A stretch of 55,478 nucleotides of DNA, filler included, from Squatina squatina (taxonomy: Eukaryota), in assembly GCA_031763465.1 (NCBI GenBank). It is 3 parts of 3 records of this genome, joined end to end, with 100 filler letters (N's around TTAATTAATTAA, not from the genome) between each part and the next. Parts side by side here need not be neighbours in the genome. Positions count along the whole stretch, not along the records: positions 1 to 25,486 come from JARFOE010000222.1; positions 25,587 to 38,438 come from JARFOE010000100.1; 1 more part is not named here. One strand, 5' to 3'. The stretch's first letter is position 1, and every line of letters begins with the position of its first letter. Position numbers and translations under genes: made by a program. The notes below the pieces were generated by a model, which ran no database searches, was not told the origin of the DNA, and worked only from the letters and a program-made list of their open reading frames with translations. Positions 25,140 to 36,911 of this stretch are shown here, piece after piece.

Positions 25140-25345
25140 TAAAACTGAGCCATGAAAACCAAGGAGATCCCACATTGGATAGCCAAGCCATTCGAACTCA
25201 GCTCATCTCAACCAGGGTAGTAGTGAGTAGAAGTGCTGCTTCTATTGAGCTCTGTGTAACGAAGGGACATCAGCCAAGGTTTCTGCTCCAGATCGCTATC
25301 CAGCAACCTCCACCGAGTGTGTGGATGTTGGGTGAGGATGGATGT
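25140..25345 (+). mobile_element. Old unnamed SINE-like family, 5' part
   Basis: actgagccat...agctcatctca...atcagccaaggtttctgctccagatcgctatccag...gtgtggatgttgggtgagga. Confidence 0.5.
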
Positions 25346-25486
25346 ACACTGAGACCCCACTATAATGTGGTCCACGGGGTCCATATCGCAAGACCGCATT
25401 TTAACAAAATCGGGCGTTAGGACCACGGTGGCACCACTACTGCTGAGGTCGGGCACAAGGGCCGTTGTTACACCACTACTGCCGAG

Positions 25487-25586
25487 NNNNNNNNNNNNNN
25501 NNNNNNNNNNNNNNNNNNNNNNNNNNNNNNTTAATTAATTAANNNNNNNNNNNNNNNNNNNNNNNNNNNNNNNNNNNNNNNNNNNN
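25487..25586. other. Artificial scaffold linker N44-TTAATTAATTAA-N44
   Basis: Exactly 100 bp. The palindromic 12-mer gives TAA in all six frames; identical structure at 38439-38538. Confidence 0.95.
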
Positions 25587-25879
25587 AGGATGTCTTAATC
25601 AACAGTATTAACTGCTAACTTAGTTCTTTCAATACCTCACTAGAAGCAATAGAACCAATGATGGCATTAATACCCAGACTATATATAAACTTATCCAGTA
25701 TGCCAAAATAAACAGGATAAATCAATCCTTTCCAATGTTCAATTTTTAAAAGTGAACCGACAATGAGACTACTGCTTTAAGGTTCAGGTAATGAGCACGC
25801 CTGCACTTCAAGCACCATTGCATGAGGATAGGTAGCAAATCATTCAACAATTGGCAGTTTATAACTACANNNNNNNNNN

Positions 25880-26140
25880 AGTCTCTAAGAAACAATTCAA
25901 AGCACTTCACGTACAATAAAATACTTTGAAGTAGTAATGCCTGTTTTTATGGCATAAGCAAGTGCAACAGCCATTTTGTTCACAGCAAGATCTCTCAACA
26001 GCACTGAGAGGAGAGACCAGTAGATTTGTTCTGTTGTTATTCGAGAAGAATAGTTCAAATAGTGGCATGAGTTCCTCAACGTTTATCTAAACCACAAGAA
26101 CACACAACAGTCAGATGGGGTTTCAGTTTAACATCTCTCC
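25880..26140 (-). mobile_element. DeuSINE, decayed 3' part
   Basis: tcaaagcacttcac...atactttgaagtagt...cagccattttgttcacagcaagatctc.caacagca...gaccagtagattt...cagatggggtttcagtttaacatctc. Confidence 0.65.
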
Positions 26141-26436
26141 CAATCTCATCGTCCGCTTATATTACATTTTCAAGACCTGGAATGGGGATGAATTTTGGCT
26201 AAGTCTGCATTTAGCTTGCTTAAAACTGCTGAATTGGCACATCTGTATGAGGTCTCACGGGGTAGGATACGGGTTCTATCTGCAATCCCCATTTACCACT
26301 GTGAATCCGTTGCTTAAAATACTAAAATGTTGTGATTTTTCTTGCCTTTTCTAATGTTCTGATATTAATCGTTATTTTTTGCTATGGATTTGCAGGTTGA
26401 TATTTTCACTGAAATAAAAGAAGTACAATTGTAGCT

Positions 26437-26538
26437 ATGGAAGAGGCAGTTCTATCTGGACGGGCACATAGCTGGAAAAATGCTAAGGATAAAAGGAAGG
26501 CTTGGGCAAAAAGCAGAGACTCTTGGCAAATCTCTGAG
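26437..26538 (+). CDS. ITPRID2: ITPRID2/SSFA2-like, first coding exon (acceptor at 26394-26395, exon starts 26396)
   Basis: gctATGG Kozak context with an in-frame upstream TGA (26398). MEEAVLSGRAHSWKNAKDKRKAWAKSRDSWQISE matches the recalled SSFA2 N-terminal RRKAWAKCRSSWQASE. The 3' boundary is uncertain (GAG|gcaatt). Absent from the ORF track. Confidence 0.8.
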
Positions 26539-26539
26539 G

Positions 26540-26905
26540 CAATTTTACCCCATTTGTGCCAGTTCCCTCCACTCCTGTCTGCTGGGGTATAGTTCTGTAG
26601 CTTTTGGCCAACCTCCAGTACCTCATTCAAGTGACTGTGCTTCACATATGATCCCAGTTAGTGTTCGCAGGCTATTTACCCTTGGAGGGCCTCATAGCTG
26701 AGCTCTTCCAACACGTCTGCTCATGTTCCAGCAGGGATCATTGCAGAGTGATCAGGAACTCTGGCCAAAGGGTGCTGAGCCTGACTGTAGGCCCTCAGGC
26801 TGAAATTGATTACCTCGGTACGGAGGATGGATCAACCTTGGAATCTGCCTAGTCTGTATGGTTCAGCATCACATAAAGCAGTGAATTTGCTGTGCCATCA
26901 GGGGA
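26540..26905 (-). mobile_element. Old unnamed SINE-like family, near full-length copy abutting the exon
   Basis: Reverse complement: gctgaaccatacagactaggcagattccaaggttgatcc...ctacagtcaggctcagcacc...gatccctgctgga...aatagcctgc...gtcacttgaatgaggtactggagg...ataccccagca...aaaattg. Confidence 0.6.
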
Positions 26906-26959
26906 GGTCATGTGCACAGTTTCATCTAAACGGATGTCCATCAACAGTTCCTCATTGAC

Positions 26960-27155
26960 ATTGAGACTGTCCAATGAGTAGCTGAGTTATGTCCAGGGAC
27001 CTGCAAGACATGCATGTGTATGTGGACAAGATGTGAAGATAGCATGACTATGATAACCCCCAGTAGAACAGCCTGACAGCACATGAATTGCCTCCTGTGG
27101 AACTCCTGTAAGGAGCCAACACCTTCAGTGCGGGAGGGGAAAGGAGAAAATTGGC
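26960..27155 (+). mobile_element. Old unnamed SINE-like family, partial copy
   Basis: gtgtatgtggac...gaacagcctgacagc...gagccaacaccttcag...ggaggggaaaggagaaaattgg. Confidence 0.5.
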
Positions 27156-28213
27156 AAGGGGAGGGTGGCTGGGGAAATGTTGACTGAGGTCATTTCAAAG
27201 CAACAGCGATGCTTCTTTTGGGAGTCGTCATAAGTTAAACAGGCATATTTTTGGTGATTACTCAACTGGGGTCCTTTGACAGCAGCCCAGATGCGTGACT
27301 AATGGTGACTTACTCCTGGCTTCCATTCCCCTGCTTCTTGTTTACACCTCTGGAAAAAAATGATCCTCTAGCCATTTTTCAAAAGCCACTGAACAGCTTG
27401 AGCTGTAAATCCGAGAGAGCTTGTCTTAATAGTGCAAGCAGCTTAGAGACTACCCGCTCTTGTCCCCCTCCCCCAGTCCCTGCGCACAGGCCCTTCTTTT
27501 TCTGTTTAGCTCTATAAGCACATGTGTTAGCCAGACTTTCTTTCTCACTCTCTCTCTCTCTGAGAAATTCCAACTGTTTTAACCCTCACCATTGTCAGCT
27601 GACCCTCACCTGGTGTCTGAGCCACTGCAGCGTTAAACTTTATGGATGCTTTAACTCAGACTGCAGGCTATTTTTAGCCACGTTTTCATTCATGGCGCAG
27701 GTATTTCGAACAAAGCTCCCTTTACATCAAACAGAAAGGTTGAATGATGAATCGTTTCTTTAAGTCAGAGAGATNNNNNNNNNNNNNNNNNNNNNNNNNN
27801 NNNNNNNNNNNNNNNNNNNNNNNNNNNNNNNNNNNNNNNNNNNNNNNNNNNNNNNNNNNNNNNNNNNNNNNNNNAGACACTGATCTCTTATAATCCTAAG
27901 TGATTAATGATAACTTATTGTGGCACAACGGAACTTATTATTTATTTCATTAATTAACCCTATCTAATAATTATTTAAATGTTCAATATTTAAGCTTAAG
28001 TGCTGCTAACTATAACTATAAGATTAATAAATAATTTCTAATTCATGACTGTTGTCTGATTTCTTTGGTAATTGGCATTCACTTAATAGATTATGCTGTC
28101 GCTGATGGGAGGTTAATAGTGCAAATGCGAATAGAGTCCAAATTGCTTGATGTAAGACAGGTATCATTAACTCCTCGGCATACACTGAGTGGTAAACAAC
28201 AGGCAGTTTTTTT

Positions 28214-28280
28214 AAATTCAGTCATGGGATGTGGGCACTGCTGGCAAGGCTGGCATTTATTCCCCACCCCTAGTTGAGAA
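28214..28280 (-). mobile_element. CR1-group tail fragment
   Basis: attcagtcatgggatgtgggcactgctggcaaggctggcatttattccccacccctagtt is the reverse complement of the 8770-8907 tail. Confidence 0.7.
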
Positions 28281-28469
28281 AGCAATTTATGTTGTTGTGC
28301 AACAGAATCACAAATTTAATGGTTGAACTATAAAGCCACAATTGCCTTTGTTCATTTTCCTGGTCAGTTTGATAAACATTTAAACAATTTTTACTTGCTG
28401 CACTTTTTTGTGTTTTTTTAAATGTTAGCATTGCAACAAATGTGATTTAATTTTTATTAATACTTTCAG

Positions 28470-28678
28470 TGTTTCAGAATTATTAGACCTTTATGAAGAA
28501 GACCCTGAGGATGTCCTGTATAATCTTGGATTTGGAACTGATGAACCTGACCTTGCATCTAAAATTCCATGTCGATTTTTTAATGCTTCTTCATTTGCAA
28601 GTGGAATAGATTTTAAACTATTTTTAGATGCTCAAATGCAACGTATGGAGTTGGACAATCCAAATTTTGCCCTTACAA
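28470..28678 (+). CDS. ITPRID2: ITPRID2-like exon encoding the core KRAP IP3R-binding domain (209 bp, phase 2 to 1)
   Basis: tttcag|t...caa|gtaggt. [69 protein letters not shown] versus recalled SSFA2 [69 protein letters not shown]. Absent from the ORF track. Confidence 0.93.
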
Positions 28679-29164
28679 GTAGGTTTTTAAATTTTTCATA
28701 ATTAATATTCTGTGGAGGAATGTTTCATATCTACCATCATTACCCAAAAGGATAGTTTACTTGTACAATCATTTTCTAAAATAATCATGCTTCCCATTTA
28801 TTTTTATTTTCAGGCCCTTAATGAGCATGTGCGATGTTAATGTTACAAGCTCCCTGTGCCCTCCTCACTGGCTAGCCCACATTGTGGTGTGGCAAGTTGC
28901 AGGTTTTAGGCCTTCATGCCTGCGAATACCCATCATTACATTATTGGCCCCTATGGCCTTAGGAAGTCCATGCTGCTGATTATACATTGGTGCTTGAAGA
29001 AGCTGAAAGAAGTTACTGAGCACCACAATGAATGTGAATAAATTAGAATTGAACTGGGAATTGAAAAATTTTCCGTTATTAATGCTGGAAATAATTTTTT
29101 ACGGGGTCATAGTTTTATGGACTCTAGTTTAGTGTCAATGTTAACTTTGCTAATGTCTCATAGA

Positions 29165-29398
29165 TAGCAAACAGTATCAAATCAAGAGCAGGTCAGAGGC
29201 TGGGTATCCTGCAGCGAGTGTCTCACCTCCCGGCTCCCCAAATCCTTTCCACCATCTACAAGGCACAAGTCAGGTGTGTGAAGGAATACGCTCCACTTGC
29301 CTGGATGAGTGCAGCTCCAACAACACTCAAGAAGTTCAACACCATCCAGGACAAAGCAACCCGCTTGATTAGCACCCCATTCACCACCTTAAGCATTC
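29165..29398 (+). mobile_element. CR1-group non-LTR ORF2 fragment (post-RT)
   Basis: RAGQRLGILQRVSHLPAPQILSTIYKAQVRCVKEYAPLAWMSAAPTTLKKFNTIQDKATRLI, a typical LINE ORF2 Y.A.VR..EY....W motif. Confidence 0.8.
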
Positions 29399-29400
29399 AG

Positions 29401-29502
29401 GGGCCGAAATTGGGGGCGGAAACCAGCAGTTCCTGCACCGGCTCTCGCCCCGCCCCGCCCACCTCAGAATTCGTTGCTCCAGGACGCGAGCGAACTGCAG
29501 CG
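29401..29502. mobile_element. End of a CpG-rich putative non-autonomous DNA transposon inserted into the LINE
   Basis: Abrupt switch at cag|gggccgaaattg to CpG-rich sequence that runs into a gap. CWG-like flank. Confidence 0.4.
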
Positions 29503-29995
29503 NNNNNNNNNNNNNNNNNNNNNNNNNNNNNNNNNNNNNNNNNNNNNNNNNNNNNNNNNNNNNNNNNNNNNNNNNNNNNNNNNNNNNNNNNNNNNNNNNN
29601 NNNNNNNNNNNNNNNNNNNNNNNNNNNNNNNNNNNNNNNNNNNNNNNNNNNNNNNNNNNNNNNNNNNNNNNNNNNNNNNNNNNNNNNNNNNNNNNNNNNN
29701 NNNNNNNNNNNNNNNNNNNNNNNNNNNNNNNNNNNNNNNNNNNNNNNNNNNNNNNNNNNNNNNNNNNNNNNNNNNNNNNNNNNNNNNNNNNNNNNNNNNN
29801 NNNNNNNNNNNNNNNNNNNNNNNNNNNNNNNNNNNNNNNNNNNNNNNNNNNNNNNNNNNNNNNNNNNNNNNNNNNNNNNNNNNNNNNNNNNNNNNNNNNN
29901 NNNNNNNNNNNNNNCTTAGTTTAATAGTGTGTCTATTATAGGGAGTTGGTAAGTTGCCCTTGTCACTGCTCACAGTCAGTTGACGAATAGCACCT

Positions 29996-30053
29996 AAACG
30001 CCTTTGGACATTTTACTATGTTGAAGGCACTATATAAATGCAAGTTGTTGTTG
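29996..30053 (+). mobile_element. L2 3' tail
   Basis: cgcctttggacattttactatgttgaaggcactatataaatgcaagttgttgttg matches the tail at 12368-12440. Confidence 0.75.
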
Positions 30054-30319
30054 AATATTGAATTTTTTAAATGTCGAATGAGTTGGGAGAGATAATTTTG
30101 AACTGTGCTCCACGGAGCAACCTATTGATCAGATTATACCATAACAATTGATGCAGCAACTTTGAGTGGAAAATAGCGACATACCAATTTACCATGGAAA
30201 GTGGTGAAACAAAACCAAGAGCATAAATTATGACAACAGGAAATACAGATTCTGGAAGTGCAGACTCTACACAAGGCCTTCAATATATAAATAATGCCCC
30301 CTGTGCACAGTATACTAAA

Positions 30320-30720
30320 TGACACACCATATATGTGTTGTAGAGAATAACAAACTGTCTATATTTTGTATATTATAAGCTATATCATACCCTGCGTATA
30401 TCACAGCATGATAGTACAGCCTGTGTATACTACAGTGAATAGCAACTGCCTCTGAATATTAGTAAATAACAACACGTGTATATGAAAGAAAATTACACAT
30501 TGTGTATATATTATTGAAAACGCACCCTATATATTAGTGAATAACAAACCCAGTATATATTAGAGAATTACGCACCATATATATTACAGCAGAAACGCAC
30601 CATATGAGTATATTGTAGCAGAATAGCACATCCTGTCTATATTGTAGCAGAATAGTACATGTCTATATTGTAGCAGAATAGCACAAATCATGCTACATTG
30701 TAGCAGAATAGCACAGATCA
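30320..30720. repeat. Degenerate ~26-30 bp minisatellite
   Basis: Four near-identical attgtagcagaatagcaca units at ~30610-30716, with progressively more diverged units upstream. Confidence 0.75.
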
Positions 30721-31104
30721 ATTGAGGAGTAGCAATTGGCTTGTGCTATGTTTGTGTTGAAGATTTGTTGGAAGGCAGAGATGAGTAGTTTGATAGTTTT
30801 GAGATTTTTGATAGTTTTGGAATAGAATAAATTGGAATTGGGAGATTGGGAATTGGGGATTAACAGAAGGCAAAGGTGCCTCTGGCTGGGGGTTTATGTA
30901 ATAAATGCAGGTATACTCCCAAAACCTGCTCGAAGTGCAACCCAGCAGGCAGCTTGCAGCATAGATGTGTGTATTTGTCTGCTCCCTGAGGCTTGCCTGG
31001 CAACAGTCATCTTTGAGATCGTGCTCCTGTGCCACCAATGACTGATGTGAATATCTTTGATTTAATAAAGGAATTTTACTGACATTAACCAGTGACCATA
31101 TGGA

Positions 31105-31450
31105 TAGAAAGAAATTCATAAAGCGCCTTTCAAATCCAAAGAATGTTCTAAAACGGTTCACATTTTGATGTGCAGTCACTATTGTATTGTAGGGATGTAC
31201 AGCAGGCATTTTGCGCACAGCAAGGCCCCACAAACAGCATTGAGATATCTAACCAGATCATTGGGATGCTTAGGAGAACTTCTTCAATAGTCCACCTGAG
31301 AGGTTAGATAGGGCCTTAGCTTAATATCTCCAATAGTGCAGCACCACCTCAGAACTGCACTGAAGTGTCATCCTAGACTATGTGCTCAAGTCTCTGGAGT
31401 GGGGCTTGCACCCATGACCTCCAAGCTCAGAGGCAAGAGTGCTACTCAAA
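31105..31450 (-). mobile_element. DeuSINE with internal deletions
   Basis: gcagtcactattgta...ttgcgcacagcaaggccccacaaacagca...gtgctcaagtctctggagtggggcttg...cagaggcaagagtgctac. Confidence 0.8.
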
Positions 31451-31723
31451 GGTTGGCAATATCTTGTTCAGGTAATCCAAAAATGTATCTGGTGCAATCA
31501 AAGACACACTGTAAGAATACTCAGTGAAGAGATTTATTTTGTCCAACTATTCCTATTAAGTAACATCTACAAATTGAGCTACACATATCAGAGCTGGGCC
31601 CAGGCCTATGTTTCCAGTACTTTTTTCCATGTCCTAAGATTTCAAGAATCTGATGTCCTTTAAGATATAACAACCATCTGCATAAATACATTGCTCCTAA
31701 CTTCTCCTCACTCTTTCAGTTAG

Positions 31724-32344
31724 AATTTTAAATTGATGGCCACTCATCATCACCCAACACTTTCCCTATTCACTGTATCAAAACTCAATTTACTTGGTAC
31801 TCAGCAGGTAAAAGCAACAGAAGCAATTAATCAACCAATTTCACTAGATGCAGAAAATTCAAAAGCATCACTGTCTTCTGCAACTAACAAAAGCATCACT
31901 GACCTTGAGAAGAAAGAGGAGGTAAAACAAAAGAAAGAAGCAAGGTTGCAGAAATGGCGTTCACTGAAACCAGTAACTGAAGAAGTGATGGGTGGAAGTG
32001 ATGGTCCTTTTAGCCCCTCAGAATCTATTCCTCAGCAAACTGCATCAAAAATAGCAAATGGTCATACAGAATCCAAGCAGAGTGGGGCTGCTTCCACTGA
32101 AGAAGGTATGGGGAATAGCTCGCATGACCAGAGTGAAACCTCAGACTCTTCTAACACTGAAAACTTGAATACATCCTCAGGCCTGGAACTTGAAGCCATC
32201 AGTGAGCAGACGTCTGTCCCCTCACAGGAAAGTGCAGCGACTGTGTGTTCAACTCCTGACAAAGGACTCGCTGCAGCTGTTCAGCATCCACTGATGAAAA
32301 CTCTGATGGAGGAGCAGAAGGAATTCTCATTTGATTTGGAAGAG
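31724..32344 (+). CDS. ITPRID2: ITPRID2-like internal exon; 5' boundary uncertain, ends at a GC donor
   Basis: TVSKLNL...LKPVTEEVMG...STPDK...LMEEQKEFSFDLEE matches recalled SSFA2 TLSKLNL...LATVKEEVSG...STPEK...IMTQQKDSFEMEE. 3' end gag|gcaagt. Homology is visible only from ~31771. Confidence 0.8.
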
Positions 32345-35300
32345 GCAAGTTGTTGCTTTGCAGTTTTGTGTTAACTTTTTATAGGATTTACTCAAGAATT
32401 TATTTACAATATTTACCTGCAGCCTTCCAGCCATTGTAACTGTTGGGTGTTTTCCCTCTTCTCTTCAAGGTTTGTTTTCAGTTTTAAGAGGGATCCTTTC
32501 AGGGTCACAATTTTAGGGGTGGACAGTTGCAGGGTTTTGGGACTGCTTGGATCTGTTTTCATAATACAGTGCTCGAGTTGATAAACTTATTGGTGTCTGT
32601 CTGTCAAGCTGGTCTGGAGAGTTGGGGTTGCAGTAAAATAACCCACCTTGGTACTTTTGTCTTTTTGTTGTCTCGTGCCATTTTGGATTTGAATGTTTGT
32701 CAATTGAGTTTGAGCTGTCAGAGCAAGTTTGACACACATACCACTATGCTATTCCCAGAACTGATGCGCATCTTCTGACATTTGCATCCTCTAATGTTAA
32801 TTTTTCGGCTTATATTTATCTTTCATATATATTGGTCAAGGCTTCCTTTGTGGTATCAGTAAGACTATAGGAAGCATGTGTGTTTTTGGGATACAGTATT
32901 GGGTTATGTTTACAAATATAATGGTGGGTTATGTTCTATGCAACAATCTGTTGATTGCCAAAAAGGAGTTACAACAGACCTGATTTCTTCAATAATTTTG
33001 CAAAATTCAATTCCATATTTGATGTGTCAAACAGAAACATTAGTGCATTTTATGTTCTGGTGCCAATCATAAACTCAAATCACAAGTTTAAAATGAACAC
33101 CTCATTTGCTGATTTGTTTATCACCATGAATGATCTTAATAAAAATGAGGAACAGTAATTTTATGTATTAAGTGCAATTTTAACTTTTTTTGTTTGACAC
33201 AACATATCCTGGACCCTGTATATGGTGCAAAATATTTGGGAGTTGACATTCCTCTGCTTTGTGGAAAAGGTGGACATATATAGAGTGATAGAATTACTGA
33301 AGAAATTAGCAATGGATTGATCATCTCCTGAGCATTCCTGCCTCTTTAAAAACTAGAGAAACATCTTAAGTGCTCTTTTGTATTGACAAGTAAAGGATAG
33401 AATAGGTTTTAATGCTGCAGGTTAGCAATTAGTTGTCACAGGAGGAGAAGCTTTATATTGTAATTTGAACACTTCTCTGTAATGTTGTGATGTACAGATA
33501 GTCAGGTACCTCCCACGAAAGCCATTATAGAGTGCGTTACCTTTCGGTAATCAGAGGGAGTAATGACTACCAACAAGTCAGTGTTTAATCTGTTTGAGGG
33601 TTCTGCTGGTTTATATACAAAACAATGGAGCGCTAAGGCTCATTGGCAGGCTGTAATGTAATTGCAGGCATTAGAGGTGCATTTACTGCAGGTCGTAAAG
33701 TATCAAAGCAAATGATCTAAATCTGATTTCAAGTTGTAAATGTGCATTNNNNNNNNNNNNNNNNNNNNNNNNNNNNNNNNNNNNNNNNNNNNNNNNNNNN
33801 NNNNNNNNNNNNNNNNNNNNNNNNNNNNNNNNNNNNNNNNNNNNNNNNTACCATGTCGGGGGGGGGGGGTGGGGGGATATCTGATTTCTAATGCACGCCC
33901 TGTTGACTTTTAAGAATTTCTTTAATGTCTAATAAATCTGTTCTATCTGCAATTGAAACATATACCTGGGGATACTGGTGACCTTTTTAGCGACAGACCC
34001 AGCAGATGCTGGAGGTCATATATTCAGTAACTTTAAAAGCTGAGGAGGTACTGGTATTTGTAAAATAATCAACATTGATTTTTAAATTGGACAGCTGTAT
34101 TTGCTGTTGCATCCCTTGTGACTCAGATGCTATGTTGACGCACGTCTGGTGTCATATTCAGATTCAGTGGAGCTTGCGTTATTCACTCCTCTTGTTACTT
34201 TGCACCTAATGTTTTGTTTCTAGGATCCCTTGTTCTTTTCAATAGATTACTTGATATTGTGGTGTTGCAGGTTCCTAAATTCTTGCCTGTTTTTTTTTTC
34301 CCCACATGTTTCTTGTACTTAAACCTTTTATAGCCATTGACCTATTCCTTCAGATTAACTACCATGAACGAAAACTTTTCAGACAATTTACTTCAATGTA
34401 TCTTTTCTAATGATTGTGCTTTCCTGTCTGTCATATATTTAAATGAGAAGATTAGATTTTACACATTAAATTTCTGTGACACATGATTAGTCCAAAACTA
34501 TCTTGGTAACAGTTGAAATGTAGAAGTGTCCAAAATCAGCTGTGTAAGAGGTGCACGCAATACAGTTATTGCCTCCTTGCCCGGAGTCTTGCTGNNNNNN
34601 NNNNNNNNNNNNNNNNNNNNNNNNNNNNNNNNNNNNNNNNNNNNNNNNNNNNNNNNNNNNNNNNNNNNNNNNNNNNNNNNNNNNNNNNNNNNNNATTGAC
34701 AGGGGACCGCAGTATCTGGTTACTTGCTGGTCTGTCCCTGTATTAACGTGGGTTTCCATTTTGTTTCTTAAAACTCCATTTTAAAGCCCAGTTTATTGTC
34801 CAAAAAGTCTCAATTTGGGCACAATTCTACAGCTGTTTTATCTATCTATCTATATAGTTGTATTTATGTGAGAGGGTGACGACAGCCACAGAAGAGGATG
34901 TTTTCATTGTACTGATTATGAGGAAAGGCATCGGAACTTCCTAGAGACTGGTCCTATTTAAGATCAACTTTGAGGGCTTTTCTAATTCTTTAAGGATTTA
35001 TATTTTTTGTCGCCTGCAATTTAGCCAAAATAAAATGGATTTTATTTTGCTATTAGTGTTGTTTTGGTATAACACATGCCTCTCTTTCTATATATCTGTA
35101 AGTGACTTCTTTTCAATGAGCAGTTTCATCAATAAGTTCTGCTAAATTTCAGCAACAATTTCCATTCCAGTAAGGAGTCCCCTTGAGCCAGTTAAATAAT
35201 AGCAGAAAGAGTTACGGTATAGAGAGCATTTGAGAAAGAATGTGACTAGTTTACCAAAAATTTATAAAGGTATAAGAATGTTTTGCATTCTGTAGTTACT

Positions 35301-35654
35301 AAAATGAGACAGATTTGTTCTGCTTTCCTTGTGCCTGATGGTTCGAAGCTTTACAGTTATGTTGTAGAAACTAAATGATCTTTATTGCAGCAGCTGCACA
35401 GTATATACTGATCCCTGCTTTGTAGACAAGTTAGAAGTCTATAACCAGTCACAATATATATGATCCTTATTTATCCACTTTCTAATGTTGAATTTTGTTT
35501 GTGTTCCTTTTTGCTGAAGTGATGCAAAGAAGACTATGAATGTCTAACTGGATATAAAATCATGTCATTTAAGCAACCAGTAACTGACTGATTTAATTAT
35601 TTCAGCTGAATTAGATTTTTTTTTCCCACATTTAATCCTTGTGCTCTATCCAAG

Positions 35655-36911
35655 GGGCCAGATGGTTACCTGCAAGCTATGGGGAGAAGTGCTGACAGCT
35701 GTGACAGTGAGACAACAGTCACATCCTTAACCGATGACCTTAAGACTCCTCTGAGTAGTGACCAACCGTTTTTCACTCCATTTCAAACACCAGTGAAAAA
35801 TATGACCCTGGATCTTAAACAAACAATTTCCGATTTGAAAGCAGAGTTAATTTCTGATGCTGTGGTTGATTCACATGAACAACGAGAAAAGGTTGAGAAT
35901 GACTGCGAAGAAGCTGCTGGTGTGGACAATTCTGTACAATCAGGTGAATTGGGTTTTATTGATGAGGAATATCCGTTGCAAGGTGAGCTGGAGCAGTACC
36001 CAGAAAATGACATGAAGTGTGAAAGTGAGGACGATGTTCCTATGTACTCAGTGCATCGTGGGGCTGGTCGAAGGCAGAAAAGCATGGATTCTGCCCTAAG
36101 CTGGTATTCAGAAACTGCTGCTTTAAATGCTACTGCTGCTGAAACAATGAGCTTTTCCTCCTCGTCAATAGATAAAATTACTACAGCACTCGAGAGAGCG
36201 AAAACAAAAACCTATTCTGTCTCGAGTACTTCTGGAAGAGCAAGGCGTCCAGTAACCAAAGCAAGTGATCGAATAATGAGAGAGGGGGAGTCGTTGTCCA
36301 AGAAAGCATCTCTCGCAAAGATCAAGCGATCCACTTTTCAAAGGTCCAGTTCTCTCCCAACTACACTGCTCAGTCCAGTGCGAGTTGTGTCATCATTAAA
36401 TGTGCAGTTGACGCCACACAGTGGCCCACAGTGCAGTTCGCCCTGTTTTACTTACAAATATGCTGATTTGAGGGAAAAGGAGATGTTCACTGATGATGAA
36501 GATGACCAGTCAACTTGCCGATCAATGCTTTTTATCCCATCTGCAAAAAAAGAAAGCACAAAACAGTTCAGTTTGAACAGACACGATGAAATGTCACAAC
36601 ATAGGTTGAGCTCGCAGTCATTACTGATGCCATCGCATTTGACACAGTCTTGCTGTTCCCTTCATACACTCCCTTCAGATTTGCAAGACCAACCTCTGTG
36701 TGATCACTTGAGAACCAGGAGTGCGTGCAGTATTCCCAACCTCTTGGAACCTACTTGCGCAGCATGTCCAGCACCTTTTGGACATTTGTATCCTCAGAGA
36801 CCCATGGCACACCCTTATCGTCACATTCCAATAAACCCTCCATCTGCTATTGAATCACAGCTACGCAGAGTCCTTAATGAGATAAGAGGCACAGTGCAGA
36901 ATCTTTCTCGG
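35655..36911 (+). CDS. ITPRID2: ITPRID2-like large exon (includes the start of the SSFA2 C-terminal region)
   Basis: ccaag|ggg...cgg|gtaatg. LQAMGRSADSCDSETTVTSL, RSSSLPTTLLSPVRVVSSLNV, FTYKY, PLCDHLRT and NPPSAIESQLRRVLNEIRGTVQNLS all match recalled SSFA2/KRAP. Confidence 0.92.

Noticed and set aside
30600-30720. Short repeats with variable interspaces, superficially CRISPR-like
   Set aside because: Interspaces are only ~7-11 bp and related to each other, the context is eukaryotic, and there are no cas genes; it is a minisatellite.
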